Part shown: piece by piece, positions 40,768-50,396 of the stretch
Numbering within the stretch: the first letter of the stretch is position 1
How the letters are laid out: each line of letters begins with the position of its first letter
Assembly: GCA_963675665.1 (NCBI GenBank)
Contig: OY776510.1
Location: forward strand, 1,248,001 to 1,312,000
Source of the DNA: Spirochaetia bacterium
Lineage (GTDB): Bacteria; Spirochaetota; Spirochaetia; UBA9216
Length of the DNA stretch: 64,000 nucleotides
Direction of reading: 5' to 3'
Translations under genes and position numbers: made by a program
Notes under the pieces: generated by a model
Databases searched by the model: none
Told to the model about the DNA's origin: nothing
What the model saw: only the letters and a program-made list of their open reading frames with translations

Positions 40768-41880
40768 ATGAAGATGAGTATTGGCGTGGATCTTCACAAA
40801 ACGCAGTTTACAGTATGCCTTTTAAGTGAAGACCGAAAAATTGATCAATTGGGAATGTATCCGACCAGCGGAAATGGTTATGGAGCATTTCTGAAAATGC
40901 TGGATGAATATTGTGAAGAGGAATATGAGTTGAGAGCAGCGGTGGAAACAACCGGGAATGCCCGTTATTTCCGCAATAAACTGTTAAAGGCTGGAGTCGA
41001 AGTGGTTGTAGTGAATACTTTGAAATTCAAGGTAGTGAATGAATCTGTAAAAAAGACAGACAAACATGATGCACGCACCCTGGCGGAGTTTCTTGAGAAA
41101 GACATGCTGCCTGAATCGATATTATGTTCCCAAGAGAGTGAGGATATTCGAAGGGTGCTGAAATCCAGGTCGATACTGGTAAAATCTGTTGTGTCGTTAA
41201 AGAACCAGGTGCATGGCTTATTACTTGGTTATGGAATAGAGACCAAACGCGGACAGCTGCAGAGTAAAAAAGAAAGGCAGCGAATCCTGAACGGTCTCGA
41301 GGACCACGACTTTTACGGAAGCGCTGCCAAAACGGTAATACCGTTACTGGATATGATAGATAATCAGGCATCGCAAGTCAAGCAGCTTGAAAAGGTTTTG
41401 GCTGAGCTTGTGGAGGACGATGAAGATGTTGAGCTTCTGCAGACAATACCAGGCGTGGGTCTAATAACAGCAGCAACAGTAAGAGCCTATACAGACGATA
41501 TCGGCAGATATGATAGTGCGAAGAAATATGCAGCAAACGCCGGGCTTGTGCCATGGGTGCAGAACTCAAATATGACAATACATCATGGACATATAACAAA
41601 GCGTGGGCCTGTAGAACTGAGGACAGCCTTCGTACAGATGGTGATGGGAATGGTTCGTATGCAAAAGAAGACCGGGACGTACCGAATAATGACGAAGTAT
41701 GCAGCGATGAAGAAGCAGAAAGGCTCGGGTAAGAGTGTAATAGCTGCCGCCCGCAAGATGAGCACTTTGGTATATACAATTTTAAAAACCAGAGAGCCGT
41801 TTGATCCGATGAAAATGGCTTTTAGAAAAGAATACAGGGAAATGCAGGCAGCAGCATGGGAAGCTGTAATGGTCGGTTGA
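40768..41880 (+). CDS. IS110-family recombinase/transposase
   Basis: N-terminal DEDD RuvC-like domain (GVDLHK, VETTG, KTDKHDA); C-terminal LQTIPGVG, AGLVP..QNS (putative catalytic Ser), ITKRG. Confidence 0.96.
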   Translation: MKMSIGVDLHKTQFTVCLLSEDRKIDQLGMYPTSGNGYGAFLKMLDEYCEEEYELRAAVETTGNARYFRNKLLKAGVEVVVVNTLKFKVVNESVKKTDKHDARTLAEFLEKDMLPESILCSQESEDIRRVLKSRSILVKSVVSLKNQVHGLLLGYGIETKRGQLQSKKERQRILNGLEDHDFYGSAAKTVIPLLDMIDNQASQVKQLEKVLAELVEDDEDVELLQTIPGVGLITAATVRAYTDDIGRYDSAKKYAANAGLVPWVQNSNMTIHHGHITKRGPVELRTAFVQMVMGMVRMQKKTGTYRIMTKYAAMKKQKGSGKSVIAAARKMSTLVYTILKTREPFDPMKMAFRKEYREMQAAAWEAVMVG

Positions 41881-41942
41881 TATCCGACCAGATCATAAGC
41901 TTATATTTTTAGCTTGTGGTTGACTTTTTATAGGAGAGAAAA

Positions 41943-42920
41943 ATGGCAATAATTACATATAAGGACGCAATTCGGGATGCACAGCAGGAAGAAATGAAAA
42001 AAGATGAGAGCATTTACCTGCTGGGAGAAGATATCGCTCAATTCGGCGGCAGTTATAAGACCACTGCCGGGCTTTATGATGAATTCGGCGCGGAAAGGGT
42101 TAGAAACACTCCGTTATCGGAAATGGGGATTATCGGGTGTGCTCTTGGTTCGGCAATGATAGGGATGCGTCCGGTAGCTGAGATTATGTATATAGATTTT
42201 ACAGCCTGCTGTATGTCGCAGATTGTAAATGAAGTTGCAAAAACAAAATACATGTATGCAGGACAGGTTAATATTCCGATGGTAATCCGAACACAGGGCG
42301 GGGCGGGAAGAGCTTCGGCGGCGCAACATGCCCAGAGCCTGGAAGCCTGGTTCACGCATGTTCCGGGATTATATGTCGTGATGCCGTCTACCCCCTATGA
42401 TGCCAAAGGGCTTCTTAAAACTGCAATTCGTGATGAGAACCCTGTTCTGTTTATAGAGCATAAACTTCTATATAATACCAAGGGAGAAGTTCCGGAAGAA
42501 GAATATACTATTCCGCTGGGGAAAGCAGACATTAAAAGGAAAGGGGATGATGTTACAATTATTACCTGGTCAAGATGTGTTGATTTTTCCCTGAAAGCGG
42601 CAGAAGATTTGGCAAAGGAAGGCGTAAGCGCAGAAGTAATAGATTTAAGAAGTCTGAAGCCTCTGGATGAAGAAACTTTTCTTCAGTCTGTTGAAAAGAC
42701 AGGTCGTGTTGTTATTGTGCATGAAGCCTGTAAAAACAGCGGTTTTGGAGCGGAAATCACCGCCATTATTAATGAAAAGGCATTTGATGCTCTGGATGCA
42801 CCGATTGAAAGAGTTGCCGGTCTGGATGTTCCGATGCCGTTTAATCCTAATCTCGAAAAATTGAATATACCAGATAAGGACAAAATTATTAAAGCTGTAA
42901 ATAAGGTGCTAAACAGGTAG
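41943..42920 (+). CDS. TPP-dependent dehydrogenase E1 beta (AcoB/PdhB-like)
   Basis: GEDI, RVRNTPLSE, AQHAQSLE, DLRSLKPLD. Confidence 0.94.
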   Translation: MAIITYKDAIRDAQQEEMKKDESIYLLGEDIAQFGGSYKTTAGLYDEFGAERVRNTPLSEMGIIGCALGSAMIGMRPVAEIMYIDFTACCMSQIVNEVAKTKYMYAGQVNIPMVIRTQGGAGRASAAQHAQSLEAWFTHVPGLYVVMPSTPYDAKGLLKTAIRDENPVLFIEHKLLYNTKGEVPEEEYTIPLGKADIKRKGDDVTIITWSRCVDFSLKAAEDLAKEGVSAEVIDLRSLKPLDEETFLQSVEKTGRVVIVHEACKNSGFGAEITAIINEKAFDALDAPIERVAGLDVPMPFNPNLEKLNIPDKDKIIKAVNKVLNR

Positions 42921-42955
42921 TGCCATATTAAAAATATTTTTTAAGGAGATGTTTT

Positions 42956-44245
42956 ATGGTTACAAAAAGGAAGGGAATCATATCATTAGTCGTTTTAATG
43001 TCGATTCTTTTATTGATTGCGGCAAATTCTCTGGTTTTTGCCGGTGGTGAACAAGAGGCAGCAGACGACGGAACATTTACTGCCGAAACTAAAATTATCG
43101 GTATTGTTGAACCGAGAAGCGGTGTATATGCTGAAATCGGAGAACTTGGCATCAAGGGCGTCGAGCTTGCTCTGGATGAATATAATGCCCAGGGCGGAGT
43201 TCTCGGAAGCAAACTTGAATATGTTGCTGAAGATACGCAGTCCAAACCCAATATCGGTGCGCAAAAGGCAAGAAAGCTTATAACCGAGAAAGGTGCGGTA
43301 ATGCTTGTCGGAGAGGTTTCAAGTTCATGTGCCGCCGCTATGGGTGCCGTAGCCCAGGAAATGGGTGTAATTTACATGGCTTCAGGGGCCAACTCCAATA
43401 TAATAACCGGATCGGATGCCCAGAGAGTAATGTTCAGAGCTGATCTGAGTAACTGGCAGTCAAACAGAGCTATGGCTAAATATCTGGTTGAAACAGAGGG
43501 TAAAAACTGGTATTTCCTTACTTCTGACTATACCTGGGGTCATACGGCTTATCAGGTTGCTTCCGAAATCCTGAAAGAATCAGGCGGTACTGAAATTGCA
43601 AACGACCTTGTCCCGTTTGGAACAAATGATTACAGTTCATATCTTATAAAAATTCAAAAAGCCAAACCGGATGTGCTATATTGTTCAGTAGGCGGAACAG
43701 ACGGTATTAACTTCTTTAAACAGTTTGCAGGTTTCGGTCTCAGGGGAACAATGCAGGTTTCGGGTGCGATTATTAATGATTCTGATGCATGGACCCTGGG
43801 CCCCGGAGTAATGACGGGAGTTTGGCCGCATGTCTGGGCTTATAATGTTGATACGCCGGAATCAAAAGCTTTTACAGAAAAATTTGAAGCGAAATACGGC
43901 ACACCTCCTGAAAATGAAAGCTGGCAGGACTATATCTCAACTGTAGCATATCTCGAAGCTGTTAAACGTGCCGGAACATGGGACCATGAGCAGGTAATTA
44001 AAGAACTTGAAGGCACAAAATTTAACGCCATGAAGGGAAATGATGTCTATTTCCGCGACTGGGATCATCAGCTTATTCAACAGGTATATATTGTCAAGGC
44101 TCTTGACGAATGGCCCAGTGAATATGACTGGTGTGAAATTGTTGCCGAAGTACCGGCTCCGGGCGAAGATCTTGAGTCTATTGCCTGTACTAAGGATGAG
44201 AATCCTGTTCGCTTGCAGGAAAAAACCAAACTCAGTTTTGAGTAA
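42956..44245 (+). CDS. HAAT (LivK-like) ABC substrate-binding protein
   Basis: Signal peptide FAGGEQE; GGVLG, SDYTWG, FRDWDHQ. Confidence 0.88.
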   Translation: MVTKRKGIISLVVLMSILLLIAANSLVFAGGEQEAADDGTFTAETKIIGIVEPRSGVYAEIGELGIKGVELALDEYNAQGGVLGSKLEYVAEDTQSKPNIGAQKARKLITEKGAVMLVGEVSSSCAAAMGAVAQEMGVIYMASGANSNIITGSDAQRVMFRADLSNWQSNRAMAKYLVETEGKNWYFLTSDYTWGHTAYQVASEILKESGGTEIANDLVPFGTNDYSSYLIKIQKAKPDVLYCSVGGTDGINFFKQFAGFGLRGTMQVSGAIINDSDAWTLGPGVMTGVWPHVWAYNVDTPESKAFTEKFEAKYGTPPENESWQDYISTVAYLEAVKRAGTWDHEQVIKELEGTKFNAMKGNDVYFRDWDHQLIQQVYIVKALDEWPSEYDWCEIVAEVPAPGEDLESIACTKDENPVRLQEKTKLSFE

Positions 44246-44252
44246 AATTTTT

Positions 44253-44281
44253 AGGTGAAGCCTTTTATTGAGGCTTCACCT
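44253..44281 (+). terminator. Stem-loop after the substrate-binding protein gene
   Basis: AGGTGAAGCCTT-TTATT-GAGGCTTCACCT. Confidence 0.6.
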
Positions 44282-44308
44282 TACAGTTGATTATAAAGGC
44301 AGGTTAGA

Positions 44309-45175
44309 ATGATTATTCTTTCACAATTGGTGAATGGTCTTATTTTGGGAACACTTTATATCCTGATGGCTATGGGGCTTTCCCTGATTTTTGGTACTCT
44401 CGGTATAATAAATTTTGCACATGGAGTTCTGTTCACACTGGGAGCTTATCTTGCATTAAAGATTGCTTTAATAACCAACTTCTGGGTCGGGATTATTGTG
44501 GGACCGGTATTGGTTGGTGTGATCGGAATGTTAATCCAGAGATTTTTACTAAGGCCACTACAGGGAAAAGATGAGCTGTATGGTTTACTTTTAACTTTCG
44601 GCTTGGCCTACGTTATAGAGGATTTAATAAAAATTGTCTGGGGAGTTTCAGGACAACCTTTTAATACTCCGAAATCATTACTTGGTTCTGTTGATATGGG
44701 TTTTCTTGTTTATCCAAAGTACAGGTTATTTGTGCTTGCGATAACGGTGGCCTTGTTGGTAATTCTATATTTATTTCTGAATAAAACAAAATACGGACTG
44801 ATTATACGTGCAGGCAGTAGGGATTTGACGATGGTTTCTCTACTCGGCATACCTATAAATTTATTTTTTACAATTGTTTTTGGAATCGGCGCAATGCTGG
44901 CAGGTACCGCCGGTGTGCTGGCCGCTCCGATGTGGGGTGTTACGCCCACAATGGGAACAAATATAATTATTCCGGCGTTTGTTGTAGTTACACTCGGCGG
45001 GATGGGAAGCCTTGTAGGGGCTGCCGTAGGAGGAATGATAATAGGTATCGCAGTAAGTTTAAGTATTCTCTTTCTGCCGATGCTGTCTGATTTGATCATC
45101 TATATAATAATGGCCGTTATCCTGTTAGTACGCCCCAGAGGATTGTTTGGCGAGATTTGGGAGGCATACGAATAA
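44309..45175 (+). CDS. LivH-like ABC permease
   Basis: INFAHG, VVTLGGMGS, RPRGLFG. Confidence 0.92.
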   Translation: MIILSQLVNGLILGTLYILMAMGLSLIFGTLGIINFAHGVLFTLGAYLALKIALITNFWVGIIVGPVLVGVIGMLIQRFLLRPLQGKDELYGLLLTFGLAYVIEDLIKIVWGVSGQPFNTPKSLLGSVDMGFLVYPKYRLFVLAITVALLVILYLFLNKTKYGLIIRAGSRDLTMVSLLGIPINLFFTIVFGIGAMLAGTAGVLAAPMWGVTPTMGTNIIIPAFVVVTLGGMGSLVGAAVGGMIIGIAVSLSILFLPMLSDLIIYIIMAVILLVRPRGLFGEIWEAYE

Positions 45176-46188
45176 TGAACCTTATGAAAAAAATGGAAAG
45201 CAAAGGCAAGACAGGGAAAACAGTATTATATACAGTCGGTATTCTTATAGGTGTTTTTTTACCTTTTATATTGAAGCTTGTCGGGAGCACGACCTTTCTT
45301 GCTACAGAAATGATTATATTCGCAATTTTTGCCATAGGCTTCAATTTGTTGATCGGTTTTACCGGGATTCTTTCTTTCGGGCATGCCGCATGGCTGGGAG
45401 TAGCTTCATATTCCTGTGCCTTGTTTCAGCTTAATTTTACTCAGAATTCAGTTCTTTTGCCGATGCTTTTTGGAATAATATTTACAACCCTGGTCGGGGC
45501 CATAATAGGCAAGCTGATAATTAAAACGCGGGGAATTTATTTTGCTTATGTAACAATTGCCGTAGGGCAATTGATATTTTTTATTGTTTTCAGGTGGACG
45601 GCTTTAACCGGCGGTGAAAACGGACTCGGCGGAATAAAACGGGTTCCATTGTTGAAATTCATAAATATCCAACCGGAATATAATTTTTATATATTCGTAT
45701 TTATCATATTTCTCATTGTTTTAATTTTAATGAAAATTATTGTGAACTCCCCGTTCGGGAAGGTCCTTCAGGCTATTAGAGAAAACAGGACAAGAGCAAT
45801 TTTTGTCGGTTATGATGTAAAGTCTTATGAGCTTGCGGCTTTTATTATATCTGTTTTTTACGCTTCGGTTGCGGGATCCCTGTATGCATTTCTACTGAAT
45901 TATGTTTTTCCGGAATCACTTCATTGGACGGCCTCCGGGGAGGTTGTAATAATGACCCTTATAGGAGGAATGCATTATCTCTTCGGACCGGTAATCGGCG
46001 CCTTTATAGTCACTTTTTTAAAGGACTTTATCAGTTCTTATACTGACAGATGGCAGATTGTATTAGGTGTTATTTTTGTTGTTTTTGTACTGGGCTCGCC
46101 GGAAGGAATCCTGGGATTTTTTGGAAACAAGAAAGCCAGAAATCCATTCAGACTGAAGAAGAAGGTAAAAAAGGAGTCGAAGTCATAA
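45175..46188 (+). CDS. LivM-like ABC permease
   Basis: LSFGHAA, TGGENG, SPFGKVLQAIREN, PEGILG. Confidence 0.92.
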   Translation: MNLMKKMESKGKTGKTVLYTVGILIGVFLPFILKLVGSTTFLATEMIIFAIFAIGFNLLIGFTGILSFGHAAWLGVASYSCALFQLNFTQNSVLLPMLFGIIFTTLVGAIIGKLIIKTRGIYFAYVTIAVGQLIFFIVFRWTALTGGENGLGGIKRVPLLKFINIQPEYNFYIFVFIIFLIVLILMKIIVNSPFGKVLQAIRENRTRAIFVGYDVKSYELAAFIISVFYASVAGSLYAFLLNYVFPESLHWTASGEVVIMTLIGGMHYLFGPVIGAFIVTFLKDFISSYTDRWQIVLGVIFVVFVLGSPEGILGFFGNKKARNPFRLKKKVKKESKS

Positions 46189-46190
46189 TT

Positions 46191-46931
46191 ATGAAAAATA
46201 ATGGAATTCTACAAACAGCCGGTTTAAAGAAACATTTCGGCGCTCTCAAGGCGGTTGACGGAGTGGATTTTATTCTTGAAGAAGGAACCCTTCATTCGGT
46301 AATAGGCCCAAACGGAGCAGGCAAGACAACATTTTTTAATTGTCTCACAGGAAAATATCCGATTACTTATGGAAAAATTCTTTTTCAGGGAGAAGAGATA
46401 CACCATATACCTACACACAAACTGGTCAGATTAGGGTTATGTCGTTCTTTTCAGATTTTAAATATTTTCGGTAATTTAACAGTTCTGGAAAATGTCAGGG
46501 TGGCTATTCAGGCAAGGAACAAAAACAGGTTTAATCCGTTTGCAAAAGTTGACGGTAAAAGTATTGAAGAAGCTGAAGAAATTCTTGAAAAAGTTGGTCT
46601 TTATCAACAAAAAGATTCAATAGCACAGGAAATGTCTCATGGAGATCAAAGACTTCTGGAAATGGGAATAACAATAGCAACACAACCAAAAATATTGCTT
46701 CTTGACGAGCCTGCGGCAGGACTGTCTGAAACAGAGACAAAGAGTCTGGTGAAAATAATACAGGATCTGAGAAAAGATCATTCTATTGTTTTAATTGAAC
46801 ATGATATTGATATGGTTTTGTCGATCTCTGATGTTATTTCTGTAATGAGTTACGGAAAGGTAATTGCAAAAGGAACGCCGGCTGAGATTCAGAATAATGT
46901 AAAGGTTAAAGAAGCCTATTTGGGAGATTAA
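46191..46931 (+). CDS. LivG-like ABC ATP-binding protein
   Basis: GPNGAGKTT, LLDEPAAG, IEHD, VKEAYLG. Confidence 0.93.
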   Translation: MKNNGILQTAGLKKHFGALKAVDGVDFILEEGTLHSVIGPNGAGKTTFFNCLTGKYPITYGKILFQGEEIHHIPTHKLVRLGLCRSFQILNIFGNLTVLENVRVAIQARNKNRFNPFAKVDGKSIEEAEEILEKVGLYQQKDSIAQEMSHGDQRLLEMGITIATQPKILLLDEPAAGLSETETKSLVKIIQDLRKDHSIVLIEHDIDMVLSISDVISVMSYGKVIAKGTPAEIQNNVKVKEAYLGD

Positions 46932-46934
46932 ACG

Positions 46935-47633
46935 ATGATTCTTTCATTAGATAATATAAATTCTTATTATGGTAAAAGCCATATTTTATATGATGTTTCT
47001 CTGGATATAGAAAAGGGAGAGGCTGTCGCTCTGCTCGGCAGGAACGGAGCGGGTAAGACAACAACGCTGAACAGTATTATAGGCCTTGTAATTCCCAAAC
47101 AGGGAAAAGTCCTTTATGACGGGAACAATATTGCCGGATTAAAGCCTGATAAAATTGTTAATAAGGGTATCTCCCTGGTTCCTGATTCCAGGAGGATATT
47201 TCCCAATATAACAGTTAATGAAAATCTTATAATTTCTGAACGAAAAACAAGCGACGGTATATGGGACACCGAAAGAGTCTACGAATTGTTTCCCGAACTG
47301 ATCAAATTAAAGAACAGTAAAGGCCGGAATCTGAGCGGAGGGGAACAGCAGATGCTTGCCATTGGACGGGCACTCGTCGGAAACCACAAGGTTCTTCTCC
47401 TTGACGAACCGTTTGAGGGTCTGGCTCCGATTATTGTTAAAAAGATTGTCAGGTGCCTGGAAGAGATTAAAAAATCAGGAATGACTATGCTCATTGTAGA
47501 GCATAACTTTCATATAACACTTGAAGTCGCTAATCGTTGTTATGTGATGAATAACGGAAAAATCGTTTATACGGGTGAATCCTCTGAACTTTTAGGGGAT
47601 GAAGCCTTACAGAAGAAACTTCTCGCTATCTGA
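46935..47633 (+). CDS. LivF-like ABC ATP-binding protein
   Basis: GRNGAGKTT, LSGGEQQML, DEPFEGLAP. Confidence 0.93.
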   Translation: MILSLDNINSYYGKSHILYDVSLDIEKGEAVALLGRNGAGKTTTLNSIIGLVIPKQGKVLYDGNNIAGLKPDKIVNKGISLVPDSRRIFPNITVNENLIISERKTSDGIWDTERVYELFPELIKLKNSKGRNLSGGEQQMLAIGRALVGNHKVLLLDEPFEGLAPIIVKKIVRCLEEIKKSGMTMLIVEHNFHITLEVANRCYVMNNGKIVYTGESSELLGDEALQKKLLAI

Positions 47634-47673
47634 TCATTAAAGCATATTAATACCGATTTTGAAGGACAAAGAT

Positions 47674-49005
47674 ATGAGTGAAACTATACAAATGCCGAAA
47701 CTCGGCTTAACAATGGAAAGTGGAAAAATTATCAAATGGTACAAGAATGAAGGAGATTCTGTAGTTAAGGGTGATGTTTTATTGGAAGTTGAATCGGATA
47801 AATCCACTGTGGAAATCGAATCTGAATATGAAGGCGTACTGTTAAAGCAATACTTTCCGGAAGGGGATGATGTTGAATGCGGTTTGCTTGTTGCAGCGGT
47901 CGGCAGCCCCGGGGAAACTCCTCCCGGGCAGGGTAAAGTTTCCGAAGAAGAGAAGACGGCAGATTCTGTGGAGAATGCTGATGCTGAAGAGCCGACAGCG
48001 ATGGCTGCCGTCAGTACAAGGACTGACGGCAGGGTAGTTGCTTCCCCCCGTGCCAGACGGTATGCAAAGGAAAACAAAATTGACCTGTTACAAATAAAAT
48101 CAGGAAGCGGAAGTAACAACAGAATCGAAGAACGTGATGTCAAGGCATTTTTTAATGAAAATAAAAAAGCCATATCTCCTTTGGCTGCAAAGATAGCCTC
48201 ACAGAATAATATGGATTATTCAATTATCAGCGGAAGCGGTACTGCCGGAAGGATAATGAAGGAAGATATTTATAAAACTCTTGAAGCAATGAGAAGCAGC
48301 GAGCTGAATATCTCCGGAGCATTAAAACCGGTTGTTGTGCCTGTTACCAAGATGAGAGAAACAATAGCAAAAAGACTGGAGGCTTCAAAGAGAGACATTC
48401 CTCATTTCTATTTAAGAGTTTCAACAATCATGGAAGAGCTTTTAAAAGCAAGGGCAATGTATAACAAAACTCGGTCGGGAGAAAAGATTTCCCTGAATGC
48501 AATTCTTATGAAAATAATCAGCGTTGTTCTTGAAAAGCACCCTTATGTTAATTCTTCATGGCAGGACGACGGTATTTATTTATATCCCAATATTGATATT
48601 GCCCTCGCAGTGGCAACTGAAACAGGTTTAATAACGCCGATTGTAAGAAATTGCCAGAGAAAGGGAATCAGTGACATAAACATCGAATTATCGGACCTGA
48701 TTGAGAGGGCCAGAAAAGGCATATTAAAACCCGACGAATATTCAAATCCCACTTTTACAATCAGTAATCTGGGCATGTACGGCATTGAGGATTTTGCGGC
48801 AATAATAAATCCTCCGGCTTCGGCCATTCTGGCTGTAGGATCCATAGAAGAAAAACCTGTTGGTATTAATGGCGATATTTGTCTGAAGCCGGTAACGGGA
48901 TTAACACTTAGCGGGGACCATCGGGTTATTGACGGCGCTGTCGGAGCGGAATTCATGCAGGAATTAAAGAGAGTCATAGAATTTCCGTTTATGGGGTATT
49001 TTTAG
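47674..49005 (+). CDS. Dihydrolipoamide acyltransferase E2
   Basis: Lipoyl domain ESDKS, two peripheral-subunit-binding repeats, catalytic DHRVIDG; its TAG stop lies within the IS target core. Confidence 0.94.
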   Translation: MSETIQMPKLGLTMESGKIIKWYKNEGDSVVKGDVLLEVESDKSTVEIESEYEGVLLKQYFPEGDDVECGLLVAAVGSPGETPPGQGKVSEEEKTADSVENADAEEPTAMAAVSTRTDGRVVASPRARRYAKENKIDLLQIKSGSGSNNRIEERDVKAFFNENKKAISPLAAKIASQNNMDYSIISGSGTAGRIMKEDIYKTLEAMRSSELNISGALKPVVVPVTKMRETIAKRLEASKRDIPHFYLRVSTIMEELLKARAMYNKTRSGEKISLNAILMKIISVVLEKHPYVNSSWQDDGIYLYPNIDIALAVATETGLITPIVRNCQRKGISDINIELSDLIERARKGILKPDEYSNPTFTISNLGMYGIEDFAAIINPPASAILAVGSIEEKPVGINGDICLKPVTGLTLSGDHRVIDGAVGAEFMQELKRVIEFPFMGYF

Positions 49006-49033
49006 GAGGAATGATAAAAAGTCTTCATGAGCT

Positions 49034-49186
49034 GGTGAATTGATATACTGCCTTAACTTTAATTGAGGCAGTAAGGTTACTGTTCGACATTTTTACTGGT
49101 CCGCGAGACCGTTTAGGAGATTGAAGAGCCGTAACCGAAACATTCAATGGTCTGCGAGACCGGATAGGAGAATGGAACAATTCACC
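49034..49186 (+). ncRNA. Predicted bridge-RNA-like non-coding RNA, copy 2
   Basis: Same as 40580-40732. Confidence 0.75.
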
Positions 49187-49221
49187 GTATAGGCACTGCT
49201 TCAAACTATTGGAGATAGAAC

Positions 49222-50334
49222 ATGAAGATGAGTATTGGCGTGGATCTTCACAAAACGCAGTTTACAGTATGCCTTTTAAGTGAAGACCGAAAAATTGATC
49301 AATTGGGAATGTATCCGACCAGCGGAAATGGTTATGGAGCATTTCTGAAAATGCTGGATGAATATTGTGAAGAGGAATATGAGTTGAGAGCAGCGGTGGA
49401 AACAACCGGGAATGCCCGTTATTTCCGCAATAAACTGTTAAAGGCTGGAGTCGAAGTGGTTGTAGTGAATACTTTGAAATTCAAGGTAGTGAATGAATCT
49501 GTAAAAAAGACAGACAAACATGATGCACGCACCCTGGCGGAGTTTCTTGAGAAAGACATGCTGCCTGAATCGATATTATGTTCCCAAGAGAGTGAGGATA
49601 TTCGAAGGGTGCTGAAATCCAGGTCGATACTGGTAAAATCTGTTGTGTCGTTAAAGAACCAGGTGCATGGCTTATTACTTGGTTATGGAATAGAGACCAA
49701 ACGCGGACAGCTGCAGAGTAAAAAAGAAAGGCAGCGAATCCTGAACGGTCTCGAGGACCACGACTTTTACGGAAGCGCTGCCAAAACGGTAATACCGTTA
49801 CTGGATATGATAGATAATCAGGCATCGCAAGTCAAGCAGCTTGAAAAGGTTTTGGCTGAGCTTGTGGAGGACGATGAAGATGTTGAGCTTCTGCAGACAA
49901 TACCAGGCGTGGGTCTAATAACAGCAGCAACAGTAAGAGCCTATACAGACGATATCGGCAGATATGATAGTGCGAAGAAATATGCAGCAAACGCCGGGCT
50001 TGTGCCATGGGTGCAGAACTCAAATATGACAATACATCATGGACATATAACAAAGCGTGGGCCTGTAGAACTGAGGACAGCCTTCGTACAGATGGTGATG
50101 GGAATGGTTCGTATGCAAAAGAAGACCGGGACGTACCGAATAATGACGAAGTATGCAGCGATGAAGAAGCAGAAAGGCTCGGGTAAGAGTGTAATAGCTG
50201 CCGCCCGCAAGATGAGCACTTTGGTATATACAATTTTAAAAACCAGAGAGCCGTTTGATCCGATGAAAATGGCTTTTAGAAAAGAATACAGGGAAATGCA
50301 GGCAGCAGCATGGGAAGCTGTAATGGTCGGTTGA
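49222..50334 (+). CDS. IS110-family recombinase/transposase, copy 2
   Basis: Translation identical to 40768-41880. Confidence 0.96.
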   Translation: MKMSIGVDLHKTQFTVCLLSEDRKIDQLGMYPTSGNGYGAFLKMLDEYCEEEYELRAAVETTGNARYFRNKLLKAGVEVVVVNTLKFKVVNESVKKTDKHDARTLAEFLEKDMLPESILCSQESEDIRRVLKSRSILVKSVVSLKNQVHGLLLGYGIETKRGQLQSKKERQRILNGLEDHDFYGSAAKTVIPLLDMIDNQASQVKQLEKVLAELVEDDEDVELLQTIPGVGLITAATVRAYTDDIGRYDSAKKYAANAGLVPWVQNSNMTIHHGHITKRGPVELRTAFVQMVMGMVRMQKKTGTYRIMTKYAAMKKQKGSGKSVIAAARKMSTLVYTILKTREPFDPMKMAFRKEYREMQAAAWEAVMVG

Positions 50335-50396
50335 TATCCGACCAGATCATAAGCTTATATTTTTAGCTTGTGGTTGACTTTTTATAGGAGATTTAT

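Larger units (their letters stand above)
40555..41936 (+). mobile_element. IS110-family insertion sequence, copy 1 (1382 bp counting one TAGGAG core)
   Basis: Direct repeat of 49009-50390. TAGGAG at both junctions (40549-40554, 41931-41936); subterminal inverted repeats ATAAAAAGTC / GACTTTTTAT; interrupts E1a-E1b. Confidence 0.95.
49009..50390 (+). mobile_element. IS110-family insertion sequence, copy 2
   Basis: Same sequence as copy 1, offset 8454 bp; TAGGAG at 49003-49008 and 50385-50390; interrupts E2-E3. Confidence 0.95.

Noticed and set aside
41027-41779. Antisense ORFs within the IS (repeated at 49481-50233)
   Set aside because: No recognisable motifs; shadows of the transposase frame, duplicated only because the IS is duplicated.
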